From an uncultured candidate division Zixibacteria bacterium (GTDB lineage: Bacteria > Zixibacteria > MSB-5A5 > GN15 > FEB-12), in NCBI GenBank assembly GCA_963735035.1, contig CAVTJJ010000004.1, positions 640,001-704,000 on the forward strand: 64,000 nt of DNA. Reading direction: 5' to 3'. Shown here one piece after another: positions 18,993-28,665 of the stretch (its first letter is position 1; each line of letters opens with the position of its first letter). The translations under genes were made by a program, and so were the position numbers. The notes under the pieces are model-generated. The model was not told the DNA's origin. It did not search any database and saw only the letters and a list, made by a program, of their open reading frames with translations.

Positions 18993-19023
18993 TTGACTTG
19001 ATCTCTTCCTCCTCGCATTGGAA

Positions 19024-19057
19024 CGGCTCACGGGTCAAACCGGGAGCCGCTTCTTTT
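19024..19057 (+). terminator. probable intrinsic terminator
   Basis: CGGCTC-ACGG...CCGG-GAGCCG stem followed by cttctttt. Confidence 0.5.
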
Positions 19058-19123
19058 GGTATCAGATACTGGTTGATTCTGAAAGACAGTTACTTCAATT
19101 TCGGAAGGTCGATTTGGAGTTGT

Positions 19124-19924
19124 ATGAAAAAGTATCTGCTAACATCAGTTGTGCTGGCGGCCATCTTGGTAAGCTGCAGCGCGCAACAGACAGCCCCGCC
19201 GCGACCGGCCGACTTTGTGGTGGTAGGTCTGAATCCGGACCAGCCGCCGTTCGCCTATCGGGACTCTTCCGGGCCATGTGTTGGTTTTGATGTCGAGCTG
19301 TTGTCGATGATCTGCCAGGCGAATCGCTGGCAGTGCGAGTTCCGACCGATGGCTTTCGACAGCCTTCGTGACGCCCTCGTGCGGGGCGACATCGATATCG
19401 CTGTCGGCGAAATTTCCACAAGTAACGGCGATTCCACCCAAATCGCCCGCTCCGATCCGTACTATCTGACCGGACTGGTGATGATTGTGGCGTCGGCCCA
19501 GCCGATGCCGGTCGGTGAAGCGTCCTGGCAGGGTAAGCTGGTCGCAGTGCCTCAGGATGTTCCCGGTAACGCTCTGGCGTTTACGCTCAAGGATGCACAG
19601 TTCCGGTCCTACGACCACGCGGATAACACGGTTGCTGAACTCGAGTCGGGGGGGATAGCGGCGCTGGTCGCAGACTACACCACGGCGCGAAGGATCGTAG
19701 TCGACCATGCCGGTTTGCATATTGTTCCAGGGATGCTGACGACCACTTACTATACGGTGGCTATGCGAACGGTCGACACTCTGCACATGAATAGATTCAA
19801 CAACACCCTGGCGGCGCTTCTCGGCGGCTACACCTATGAGCAGCTGCACATGAAATGGTTTGGCTATCCGCTGTTGAATGTCGCCGTGCCGGACTCCGTT
19901 TCTGCTCGCTGGGAGAAGCGTTAA
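19124..19924 (+). CDS. amino-acid ABC transporter substrate-binding lipoprotein (SBP family 3)
   Basis: Lipobox LVSC; PPFAY...GFDVEL, L..GDIDIA, SDPYY, KWFG. Confidence 0.85.
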   Translation: MKKYLLTSVVLAAILVSCSAQQTAPPRPADFVVVGLNPDQPPFAYRDSSGPCVGFDVELLSMICQANRWQCEFRPMAFDSLRDALVRGDIDIAVGEISTSNGDSTQIARSDPYYLTGLVMIVASAQPMPVGEASWQGKLVAVPQDVPGNALAFTLKDAQFRSYDHADNTVAELESGGIAALVADYTTARRIVVDHAGLHIVPGMLTTTYYTVAMRTVDTLHMNRFNNTLAALLGGYTYEQLHMKWFGYPLLNVAVPDSVSARWEKR

Positions 19925-19992
19925 GTCACGGCGGCATCGCGGATCGACATTTGCGGTTGCCCCTTCTGAACGGATTGCATAGATTCACGGCC

Positions 19993-20694
19993 ATGGAGTT
20001 CCGACCTTACAAGCTACCTAGTTTCGAGGGACGAGTCGTCGCCATTGATGGCCCCGCAGGATCAGGGAAATCGACCACCGCGAAGATCCTCGCCGCTCGC
20101 CTGGGATACAAGTATCTCGATACCGGGGCGATGTACCGGGCGCTGACCTGGTTCGCGATTCAAAATGGTGTGGCGCCGTCGGACGGCACCAAGCTGGCGG
20201 TATTGGCCCGCTCGGTGGAGATAAATTTTGAGACCCACGAGGACGTCAACCGGGTGTTTATCAACGGTCAGGACGTAACTGAGGCCATCAGGACCCCGGT
20301 GGTGACACAGTTGGTCTCGGAAGTTTCAGCCCATAAGGGCGTGCGTCAGGCCATGGTTGATAAGCAGCGCGAGCTCGGGGAGAAGGGTGAAATCGTTGCC
20401 GAAGGCCGCGATACAACGACCGTAGTTTTCCCAGACGCCGATGTGAAAGTCTATCTCGATTGCGATGTCGCCACCCGCGCCCAACGCCGTTTGATTGATA
20501 TGGCAAGGATGGGCGTCTCGACCACGCTTCAGGAGCAGATGGCCGAGATCACCCGCCGCGACAAATACGATTCCGAGCGCAAACACTCGCCTCTCACCAG
20601 AGCGCGCGACGCCTATCTGGTCGAGACCACCAATACCACTATTGAAGAACAGGTGGAGCGAGTTCTGGCCCTTCTCAAGTCTGTACTGAAGTGA
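19993..20694 (+). CDS. cmk: cytidylate kinase
   Basis: AIDGPAGSGKST, YLDTGAMYR, VAEGRD, RDKYDSERKHSPL. Confidence 0.96.
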   Translation: MEFRPYKLPSFEGRVVAIDGPAGSGKSTTAKILAARLGYKYLDTGAMYRALTWFAIQNGVAPSDGTKLAVLARSVEINFETHEDVNRVFINGQDVTEAIRTPVVTQLVSEVSAHKGVRQAMVDKQRELGEKGEIVAEGRDTTTVVFPDADVKVYLDCDVATRAQRRLIDMARMGVSTTLQEQMAEITRRDKYDSERKHSPLTRARDAYLVETTNTTIEEQVERVLALLKSVLK

Positions 20695-21317
20695 AGCCGA
20701 GACCGGTATACTGGGCGGGATGGGCTTTCTTTCGGGTGATGTTCTGGCTGCTTTTCCGCCCGCGTGTTCTGGGACAGGAGAACATCCCGAGTACCGGTGG
20801 CTTTATCCTCGCGTCAAATCATATTTCCTACTACGACCCACCCATCGTCGGCTGTTGGCAGAAGCGACAGATGTATTTCTTCGCCAAGCAGGAATTGTTC
20901 CGAAACCGCCTATTTGGCGCCCTCATTCGTGCCGCTAACTCCATTCCTGTTAAGAGAGGCACAATCGACCGGCTGGCCGTAAGGATGGCCGTAGACGTCG
21001 TTCGCCAGGGTAACGGATTGGTAGTTTTCCCCGAGGGCACCCGGTCAAAAACTCCGCACTTTCTCCCGCCTAAAGCCGGCGTAGGGATGTTGGCGCGGGC
21101 GGCCCAGTGCCCGATCGTTCCCGCATATCTCTATGGTAACAATAGGCTTAAGGACTGTTTTTGGCGTCGGAAGCGGATGACTATCGCCTACGGCGAACCT
21201 CTCTCAGCCGATCTGGTGGCCTCTTTTGCCGACGACAAAGAAGGGTATCAGGCCTTGGCCGATGTCGTGATGGAACGAATAGGGCGTCTGCGCGATTATG
21301 TTGCCGCGCTCAAGTAA
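20691..21317 (+). CDS. plsC: 1-acyl-sn-glycerol-3-phosphate acyltransferase
   Basis: NHISYYDP (NHxxxxD), AKQELF, FPEGTRS. Confidence 0.92.
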   Translation: MKPRPVYWAGWAFFRVMFWLLFRPRVLGQENIPSTGGFILASNHISYYDPPIVGCWQKRQMYFFAKQELFRNRLFGALIRAANSIPVKRGTIDRLAVRMAVDVVRQGNGLVVFPEGTRSKTPHFLPPKAGVGMLARAAQCPIVPAYLYGNNRLKDCFWRRKRMTIAYGEPLSADLVASFADDKEGYQALADVVMERIGRLRDYVAALK

Positions 21318-21402
21318 AGCCGGACGGCTCCCGACACTCCTCCCTGTCGGTCCCTCGCTGAAAAATCCATTTGGATTTTCGAACAGATTGCGTATATAGC
21401 AA

Positions 21403-21510
21403 GGCTCTCTTGGACCGAAAAACCGGAATCAAAGAGCCATTCAGCGGTTTTCTACGTCTTCCGTGAGGTGTGGAAAAATCCAAAACTGCTGGATCCCTTT
21501 AAGGAGGTAG
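21403..21510 (+). promoter_or_regulatory. structured 5' leader of rpsA (two stem-loops followed by SD)
   Basis: GGCTCT...AGAGCC and TTCAGCGGTTTT...AAAACTGCTGGA stems, then AAGGAGGT. Confidence 0.45.
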
Positions 21511-21520
21511 TTTAAGACAG

Positions 21521-23581
21521 ATGGCAGAAGCCAGAAAAGCGACCAGAACCACTATTCCCACTCGTGCTACGAGCACCGTCAGATCATCCAAACGGAAGGC
21601 GACGAGTGGCCGCAAGACCACCAAGGTCAAAACCAAAATCAACAAGCCGGGAGCTCAGACCGAAGAATCGGATGTCCTAACTCTTCAGACGGAGGATACT
21701 TCCGATGAACGTTTGATGACTGCCCGCCGTCAGCGCGTGCTGACCAAGGCGAAGGCGCGTATCGAACTCGGTCCGGCGGAGGAAGTCGAAGAGACAGTCG
21801 ACGCTGTCAAGATCACCGACGTCTCGGGCGTTGTCTACGACAAAGCCCAGTACGACGCGATGGTCGAGATGTACGACGCCACGATCAAGGACATCCGCGA
21901 AGGCGAAATCATCCACGGCAGCGTGATCGGGGTCAATCCCGATGACGTTATCGTCGATGTCGGTTTCAAGTCCGAAGGCCGTATTCCGATCGTCGAATTC
22001 CCTCACCCGCTCAATATCAAAGTGGGCGACAAAGTTGATGTCTTCCTCGAGATGATTGAAGACAGCAACGGGCAACTCCTGCTCTCGAAGCAGAAGGCCG
22101 ACTTCATGCTGGTCTGGGATCGTATCCGGGAACTTCACGATGCCGGAGAGACGGTCCAGGGTCGGGTGATACGGCGCATCAAGGGCGGCGTCATTGTCGA
22201 CATCATGGGTGTCGATGCTTTCCTGCCGGGCTCGCAGATTTCCCTGCGGCAGGTGCCGGATTTTGACGCCCTCATCGATCAGATGATGGATCTGAAAATC
22301 ATCAAGATTAACAAGAACCGTCGCAATATCGTTGTCTCCCGTCGTGTCGTGCTCGAAAAAGAGCGCGAGAAGATGCGGGACGAGTTGCTGAAGGAAATCG
22401 AAATCGGCCAGATTCGCCAGGGTGTGGTGAAGAACGTCACCGATTTTGGTGTCTTCATCGACATGGGCGGTGTTGACGGTCTTCTTCATATTACCGATAT
22501 GTCCTGGGGCCGGGTGCGTCATCCTTCCGAGATGGTCAACCTGGGCGACACGATCGACGTCAAAATTCTGGATTTCGACCAGAACACGACGCGCATTTCG
22601 CTCGGCTTGAAGCAGATGACCCCGTATCCGTGGGAAAATATCGAAGAGAAGTATCCGCTCGGTAAGAAAGTTACCGGCCGGGTGGTCTCTATTACCGATT
22701 ACGGTGCGTTTATCGAACTGGAAAAAGGTATCGAGGGTCTCATTCATATTTCCGAGATGTCCTGGACCCAGCATATCAAGCATCCGTCCAAGATCATGAA
22801 CGTGAACGACGAGGTCGATGCCGTGGTCCTGTCGGTCGACAAGGACAACGAAAAGATCTCGCTCGGTATCAAACAGATGGAGCCGGATCCGTGGCTTACG
22901 ATCGAAGGCAAGTATCCGATCGGTAAAGTCCTTACCGGCAAAGTCCGCAACCTGACCGCGTTCGGCGCCTTCGTCGAGCTCGAGGAAGGTATCGACGGCC
23001 TGGTACATATCTCGGATATGTCCTGGACCAAGCGGATTCAGCATCCGTCGGAAGTGATGAAGAAGGGTGACGTTGTCCAGGTGAAGGTGATCCGCATCGA
23101 TCACGAGAACCGTCGGATTTCGCTCGGCTTCAAGCAGCTTACCGAGGATCCGTGGCCGGTTCTGGCCGACCAGTTCAAGGTGGGCGCGGAATGTCTGGGC
23201 ACGATCAACAAGGTGTTTGACCGCGGAGTCGTGGTAGACCTGGGTTCAGATGTCGAAGGGTTTGTCCCGACCAGCCAATTGGCCGGACGCGATTTGGCCG
23301 ACCCGACCGGCGTCTTCAAAGAGGGCGAACAAATCCCGTTGCAGGTGATTGAATTCGATCAGCACCAGCATAAGGTCGTTCTCTCGGTCCTGGCCTATTA
23401 CAAGAAGCGGGAGCGCGAAGAGTTCGAAGGCTACCTCGCGCAGCACCAGCCGGTCGCTACGGCGATGGGCGACGCTATGCCGGAGACGATGAAAGCCGCC
23501 GCGGCCGAAATCGCCCCGGAAGTGGAGTCGAATCCGCCGTCCGAATCGGGCGACACGGATACGCTCGCCGAAGAGGCCTAG
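21521..23581 (+). CDS. rpsA: 30S ribosomal protein S1 with long N-terminal extension
   Basis: Six S1 repeats (VDVGFKSEG, DFGVFIDMGGVDGLLHITDMSW, etc.); cmk-plsC-rpsA context. Confidence 0.97.
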   Translation: MAEARKATRTTIPTRATSTVRSSKRKATSGRKTTKVKTKINKPGAQTEESDVLTLQTEDTSDERLMTARRQRVLTKAKARIELGPAEEVEETVDAVKITDVSGVVYDKAQYDAMVEMYDATIKDIREGEIIHGSVIGVNPDDVIVDVGFKSEGRIPIVEFPHPLNIKVGDKVDVFLEMIEDSNGQLLLSKQKADFMLVWDRIRELHDAGETVQGRVIRRIKGGVIVDIMGVDAFLPGSQISLRQVPDFDALIDQMMDLKIIKINKNRRNIVVSRRVVLEKEREKMRDELLKEIEIGQIRQGVVKNVTDFGVFIDMGGVDGLLHITDMSWGRVRHPSEMVNLGDTIDVKILDFDQNTTRISLGLKQMTPYPWENIEEKYPLGKKVTGRVVSITDYGAFIELEKGIEGLIHISEMSWTQHIKHPSKIMNVNDEVDAVVLSVDKDNEKISLGIKQMEPDPWLTIEGKYPIGKVLTGKVRNLTAFGAFVELEEGIDGLVHISDMSWTKRIQHPSEVMKKGDVVQVKVIRIDHENRRISLGFKQLTEDPWPVLADQFKVGAECLGTINKVFDRGVVVDLGSDVEGFVPTSQLAGRDLADPTGVFKEGEQIPLQVIEFDQHQHKVVLSVLAYYKKREREEFEGYLAQHQPVATAMGDAMPETMKAAAAEIAPEVESNPPSESGDTDTLAEEA

Positions 23582-23603
23582 TAGTCTGAAATTGACATAA
23601 GGT

Positions 23604-23641
23604 GAAGCGGCGGTCAAACTATTGACCGCCGCTTCTTTGTT
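23604..23641 (+). terminator. intrinsic terminator after rpsA
   Basis: Perfect 14-bp stem GAAGCGGCGGTCAA-acta-TTGACCGCCGCTTC followed by tttgtt. Confidence 0.85.
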
Positions 23642-23714
23642 GAATAGGAACACTCGGCTCTTGTTCCAGCGCCGGTTAGAGAGTAGTTTTTCTCCGGATG
23701 GTGTCGGACGAAAT

Positions 23715-23777
23715 GTGGGCGGCACACGTCCCCGTGTGCCCCCGCTGATGGGGCAGAGCAGGAGGTCTGCCGCCCAC
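23715..23777. repeat. inverted pair of GTGG-headed REP-like hairpins
   Basis: GTGGGC-GGCACACG tccc CGTGTGCC, and on the opposite strand GTGGGC-GGCAGA...TCTGCC. Confidence 0.55.
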
Positions 23778-23816
23778 GGGATGCACAAGAGCGTCGTTGA
23801 ATGCGCCGAACTGATT

Positions 23817-24818
23817 ATGATGATCTCGCGTAAAGGCTTCTGGGCCGAATTGAAAAAGCCGATCCTGGCGCTGTCGCCGATGGATGACATCACCGACGCC
23901 GCTTTCAGGCTGTTGATCGCCCGCTGCGGCAAGCCGGATGTGATGATCACGGAATTTGTTTCGGTCGACGGTCTCTGCAGCGCCGGACGCGAGCGCCTGC
24001 TCAAAGACCTGCGCTTCGATCAAAGTGAGCGACCGGTGGTCGCACAACTGTTCGGCAGCGATCCGGAGTTGTTCCGACAGAGTGCGGCGCTCATGGTCGA
24101 GCTTGGCTTTGACGGGATTGACATCAACATGGGGTGTCCGGTCAAAGCGGTGTGCAACATCGGCGCGGGGTCGTCTCTGATCAAAGAGCCGATCAAGGCG
24201 CAAGAAGTCATTCAAGCGACCATCGCCGGAGCGGGCAATTTGCCGGTGTCGGTCAAGACGAGAATCGGTTACAGCAAGATCGAATCAGAGGCGTGGGTAA
24301 CCTGTCTTCTGGCGGCTAGACCCGCCGCGATTACGTTCCATCTTCGCACCAAGAAAGAGCAGTCACAGGTTCCGGCGCACTGGGAAGAGATGCCACGGAT
24401 TGTCGATCTGGCGCGCGGTTCCGGGGTGCTGATTCTAGGCAATGGCGATATCAAGTCGGTCGAGCAGGCGGAGAAGGTGGTTGCGGAGACGGGGTGCGAC
24501 GGGGTCATGATCGGGCGGGCGATTTTCGGCAATCCCTGGCTGTTCAACCGGAATCGAAAGCTCGAAGACGTCACGATGGATGAACTGCTCGAAACGATGC
24601 TGGCCCATTGTCATCTTTATGATGAGGTCTTCCGTGATGACAAGAAGTTCCTCGTCATGCGCAAGCATCTTATGGCTTATGCGTCAGGCTTCCCCGGCGC
24701 CAAGGAACTACGCATGTCGATGGAGCGGGTATTCACAACGGCCGACGTAGTCGCGGCGGTGGAAGCCTTCCGACAAAATAGTAGGTCGGGTTTGCGGAGT
24801 GATGAGCGGAGCGAATAA
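23817..24818 (+). CDS. dusB: tRNA-dihydrouridine synthase
   Basis: LSPMDDITD, QLFGSDP, DINMGCP, PVSVKTRIG, GNGDI, DGVMIGRA..GNPWLF, MRKH. Confidence 0.9.
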   Translation: MMISRKGFWAELKKPILALSPMDDITDAAFRLLIARCGKPDVMITEFVSVDGLCSAGRERLLKDLRFDQSERPVVAQLFGSDPELFRQSAALMVELGFDGIDINMGCPVKAVCNIGAGSSLIKEPIKAQEVIQATIAGAGNLPVSVKTRIGYSKIESEAWVTCLLAARPAAITFHLRTKKEQSQVPAHWEEMPRIVDLARGSGVLILGNGDIKSVEQAEKVVAETGCDGVMIGRAIFGNPWLFNRNRKLEDVTMDELLETMLAHCHLYDEVFRDDKKFLVMRKHLMAYASGFPGAKELRMSMERVFTTADVVAAVEAFRQNSRSGLRSDERSE

Positions 24819-24974
24819 CGACAAACCCGACATGAAATCTTGTAGGGCAGGTCCGTCTTCGAACCTGCCATTGTGCCATGATCTGAGGATTGGCGGGTTT
24901 GAAGCAGACCCGCCCTACATTAAGCTCAGATACGTGGTAGACGAGGACCCCGGAACAAGTCCGGGGCAGGCTCC
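24781..24974. repeat. cluster of REP-like palindromes between dusB and mtaB
   Basis: GTAG-GTCGGGTTTG...CAAACCCGAC (24781-24831); inverted GTAG pair TGTAGGGCAGGTCCGTCTTCGAACCTGCC / GGCGGGTTTGAAGCAGACCCGCCCTACA (24841-24919), same family as 3111 and 3671; CCCCGGAACAAGTCCGGGGCAGGCTCC (24948-24974). Confidence 0.82.
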
Positions 24975-24992
24975 ACCACGCACGGTACATAC

Positions 24993-26303
24993 ATGAGTAG
25001 CGTAGCACAAAAGAAACTCTCCTTCCAAACCGTTGGCTGTCGGCTCAATCAATACGAGACCGAAAAGATGGTCGCGTCGCTCTACCCGTATGGGTTCCGT
25101 AGGACCAACCACGGCGAACAGGCTGACCTCTATTTGATCAATACGTGCACCGTTACTCATAGGGCCGACACCACCAATCGGCAACTCATTCAAAAGGCGG
25201 CGCGGGAGAACCCGAACGCCCGGATTGTAGTCGCCGGTTGTTACGTAGATGCTGATGCTCACGAAGTGATCGGGATGGAAGCGGTCGATGTCATCATTCC
25301 CAACCATGACAAACCGCGAATCGTCGAGATTCTGTCCGAACGGTTGTCGGAGCTGTTTGTCGGAGTTCCTGCCAGAGTCGAGGTTGATTCTCCTGGCGTA
25401 TTCGAGCGTCAAAACCGGGCCTGGCTGAAAATCTCCGACGGCTGCAACCAGCGCTGCACGTTTTGTGTTCTGCCGACCGTGCGCGGGTCGCTTCGGAACC
25501 GTCCACCGCTGGAAATATTATCCGAAGTGCGCGAGTTGCAGGCACTCGGGTTTCAAGAGATCGTGCTGACCGGGGTCAATATCGGTCACTATCACAGTCG
25601 TACGCATGAACCTCGGGTGAAGAACCTGGCGCAACTCTGTCGTTTGATCTTGGACGAGACCGATCTGCCGCGCCTTCGCCTGTCATCGATAGAACCGCAG
25701 ACAGTTCGCGATGAATTGTTGCAGGTGTGCGCCGATTCACGCGGACGAATCTGCCGCCACTTTCATGTACCGCTTCAGTCTGGCTCGTCGCGCCTGCTTC
25801 GAGTCATGCGGCGGCCGTATGATCGCGATACATACTTACAACGTGTGGCGGATGCGCGTTCGTCGCGGCCAAATACAACTGTCGGCGCCGATGTGATTGT
25901 CGGCGTACCGGGCGAGACCGATGAAGATTTTGCGCAGACAGTTGCGGTCGCAGAATCCGGGTTGCTCGACTATCTGCACGTGTTCAGCTATTCGGATCGC
26001 TCCGGGACGGCAGCGTCGGCCACGAACGGCAAGGTGCCGAGGGAAATCATCCGAGATCGCAGGGCGGTTCTCACAGCGATATCGGATCGGATGTGGGCCA
26101 AAGCGCACGCGCGGCAGGTGGGGGAGACGCTCGAAGTGATCGCCGAGCAGGCGGGACCGAAACGGGGTGTTCGGTTCGGGATTTCGGACAACTATATCAA
26201 CGTGAAGCTGCCGCTTGATTTCGACGGCGGCCGGGCGATTCATCACGTGAAGATCACGTCAGCAGCGGCGGGGTCTGTAGAGGGGGAGGTGTTAAACGTA
26301 TGA
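24993..26303 (+). CDS. mtaB: tRNA t6A37 methylthiotransferase MtaB (radical SAM)
   Basis: TVGCRLNQYE, INTCTVTHRA, KISDGCNQRCTFC (CxxxCxxC), HVFSYS.R.GT.A. Confidence 0.92.
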   Translation: MSSVAQKKLSFQTVGCRLNQYETEKMVASLYPYGFRRTNHGEQADLYLINTCTVTHRADTTNRQLIQKAARENPNARIVVAGCYVDADAHEVIGMEAVDVIIPNHDKPRIVEILSERLSELFVGVPARVEVDSPGVFERQNRAWLKISDGCNQRCTFCVLPTVRGSLRNRPPLEILSEVRELQALGFQEIVLTGVNIGHYHSRTHEPRVKNLAQLCRLILDETDLPRLRLSSIEPQTVRDELLQVCADSRGRICRHFHVPLQSGSSRLLRVMRRPYDRDTYLQRVADARSSRPNTTVGADVIVGVPGETDEDFAQTVAVAESGLLDYLHVFSYSDRSGTAASATNGKVPREIIRDRRAVLTAISDRMWAKAHARQVGETLEVIAEQAGPKRGVRFGISDNYINVKLPLDFDGGRAIHHVKITSAAAGSVEGEVLNV

Positions 26304-26372
26304 AAGACCATAGGCCTGTAGCCACACCCATGTGCGAATTGTGAGGTACGAGAGTTACAATTTACGGAGACG

Positions 26373-28511
26373 TCAGACCATTTCAGGAGAGAACATATCT
26401 TGGGAATCTTGTCCGGTGAAAGTACAAATTTGGATGTCCTGACAACTACCGCCCAATGACAGAAACTGACGAACGGTGTTATTGCAGCGAGGGTTGCCTG
26501 ATCTTGTCAAGCTCGAAAGCAGCAGGTTTGAGGACTGGTTTTCTGAGTGGGCTCGAAACCACTTTGTATCGCAAATAATGATCAATTGCTCCTTGGCGCG
26601 AGAAAAGGCCACGGTCATGAGTCTCGTCCCCGTGTAGTGCGCAAACAATGGTGAAGAAGATGGTTTGTCTGGAGCACAAACTAGATCAAATATTACGATG
26701 TCGGCACTGGAACCCTGAAAACGATGAACAGTCCCGACAGATATCCTATCTGCGTCATTCCTGTCATCTTCATCTCTATAGCTATCTTCGAGGACTGATT
26801 CTATCAATTGCGCCTGCGCTCCAAATGGAGTGATGATACCGACTGATGCCTCTGGAACACGCCGTAGTGAAGTTCTGGCCAAGCGCACAGCTAATTCTGC
26901 CGAATACTTATTCTCCCAACTCTTGCCTCGCTTACTACAGTTGCTCTGGACACATTCGGACGTCTCACAAATCACCAGACGTGGAATATCACAAAAGTCC
27001 TCAGCAAATGACTTGCGGCCGTGAAGGTTGATGTTCACCCCTTTGTACAGCGACGAGATCGTGCGCCAAATAGATGGGTGACACCGACGTTGCTCCATAA
27101 TGCGGTACAAGATTGCCGTATTGTCGTTGATAGGTGCGTCACTACTAATCGTAACATCCACGATTCCTGATAGTGCGAATATGTCTTGGCCCATCAGTGT
27201 TCTCTCGCTCACTGTCGTGTTGTCGGTTTCTTCGAACACGGGGCCGAGTTGTCGTGGATCGCCAGCCAACAACAAAGTGTCTTGCGCAAGAGACGAAATG
27301 AAATATAGTAGACCTGGAGTTGCCATAGTAACTTCGTCCACAACTACTAGGTCCCATACTTGATTCGTTATTGGACTGGAGGACAGATATCCAAGAGTTG
27401 TGGTTGTAGTGACTACGGTGCATTGTGAGACATGCTCGGCAACAGCTTTTCGTAGTTCTTCTCTTCGTACATACTGCTCTCCGCGAAGCATTATTATCGC
27501 TTCATTGTCAGACTCTCGTTTCTTCTGTTCGAGTTCAGCCGTGATGCGTCCTATCGCCGTCGTTATCTCCTCTTGAGCGGTAGAGCCAAGTATTGCGGCA
27601 CATTTGAGAATGGAAGGCATTCGCGCATAGCCGAAACGAAGAATGGTTCTGTCAGTAATGAGCGCTTCGAGTTGGCATCGGCGTAGAGCTTGCACGACTT
27701 CAGTCATGAGAACGTCGGCAGCTAGATTTGAAGGTGCGAGAAGAAGTACTCGGTTGCGAGGATGGCGTTGCACATACTTCGCGACATATTGTCCAAGGGC
27801 ATATGTCTTGCCAGCTCCTGGCGGTCCCCAAAGTAATCTGGTTGTTGGGCCAGTGTCGGCAAGTAAGTTCTCGGCAACTTCGTTCGATGAAGTTAGTTTC
27901 TTTGATATCGAATTAGCATCGCCAGCTGTCACGATTGGTTTGAAGCGCGCTGGTGTACTTGTTAGGCTGTCTACGCGATCGGCCAACTCAGTCAAGAGAA
28001 AACCCTTGTCTATAGCCAAGCGTGCAGGCAACTGCACTTGACCGCAGTCTTCTGGAGTCATGAAATACACTGCATTCTCGGTATCGTCTGTGCCCAGAAT
28101 CACGCCATCAACTGGTCGGCGAAATGTTGATGAATGTATTGCGCTGCACGCTTTCAAGCGAACTGGTGTCCCAGAGGAGATCCGATGGTTATGGTCTCTG
28201 GCTTCTAAATGGAGCCAGTAAACCCATCGGTTTTGGACTCTGTTCTTAAGACAGCGCAAATCGCTTACAAGGTATTCTATGTTTTCCAGCGACCCCGCGT
28301 ATCGCCTAATTGTCCTTGCGACTGAATTCGGCGAGTCAAAATCCAGACCACTCGCACGAGTCCGTTGTTCTATCCTATCTAAAGCTTCGTCGGTGACACA
28401 TATGCGCCCTCTCAATGAGAGGCTGAAGTACTGGGGGTACGCTCTGCGCAATGTACTCGACAATGGCAATATGATCCGCTGAGTACGAGCCCTCGAATTT
28501 CTTAGCCACAA
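26373..28511 (-). CDS. superfamily 1 helicase (Upf1/DNA2-NAM7-like); N-terminus possibly frameshifted
   Basis: WGPPGAGKT, LAPSNLAAD, VVVDE, AGDPRQLGP, QRRCHP, IITPFGAQ, GTVHRFQG, VAFSRAK; visibly more AT-rich than flanks. Confidence 0.88.
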   Translation of the reverse strand: MWLRNSRARTQRIILPLSSTLRRAYPQYFSLSLRGRICVTDEALDRIEQRTRASGLDFDSPNSVARTIRRYAGSLENIEYLVSDLRCLKNRVQNRWVYWLHLEARDHNHRISSGTPVRLKACSAIHSSTFRRPVDGVILGTDDTENAVYFMTPEDCGQVQLPARLAIDKGFLLTELADRVDSLTSTPARFKPIVTAGDANSISKKLTSSNEVAENLLADTGPTTRLLWGPPGAGKTYALGQYVAKYVQRHPRNRVLLLAPSNLAADVLMTEVVQALRRCQLEALITDRTILRFGYARMPSILKCAAILGSTAQEEITTAIGRITAELEQKKRESDNEAIIMLRGEQYVRREELRKAVAEHVSQCTVVTTTTTLGYLSSSPITNQVWDLVVVDEVTMATPGLLYFISSLAQDTLLLAGDPRQLGPVFEETDNTTVSERTLMGQDIFALSGIVDVTISSDAPINDNTAILYRIMEQRRCHPSIWRTISSLYKGVNINLHGRKSFAEDFCDIPRLVICETSECVQSNCSKRGKSWENKYSAELAVRLARTSLRRVPEASVGIITPFGAQAQLIESVLEDSYRDEDDRNDADRISVGTVHRFQGSSADIVIFDLVCAPDKPSSSPLFAHYTGTRLMTVAFSRAKEQLIIICDTKWFRAHSENQSSNLLLSSLTRSGNPRCNNTVRQFLSLGGSCQDIQICTFTGQDSQDMFSPEMV

Positions 28512-28665
28512 GCCCTGTTGTTACCCACCCGTTGTTTGCGACAGTTGTCAGTTCGCGTATCGTATCAATCAGTTCCGTCTATTCGATCGTTCGGATTGAG
28601 CGGCATATTTCTACTCAGATCGTATCCAGTAGCGTACAGGGTTCACTTGCGCGGGGAGCCATCCA

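Noticed and set aside
21677..23104. 475-aa minus-strand ORF
   Set aside because: Antisense shadow of rpsA, caused by codon bias in a high-GC gene.
23622..23816. N-terminal extension of dusB
   Set aside because: Runs through the rpsA terminator and a REP-like pair; Dus similarity starts near 23817.
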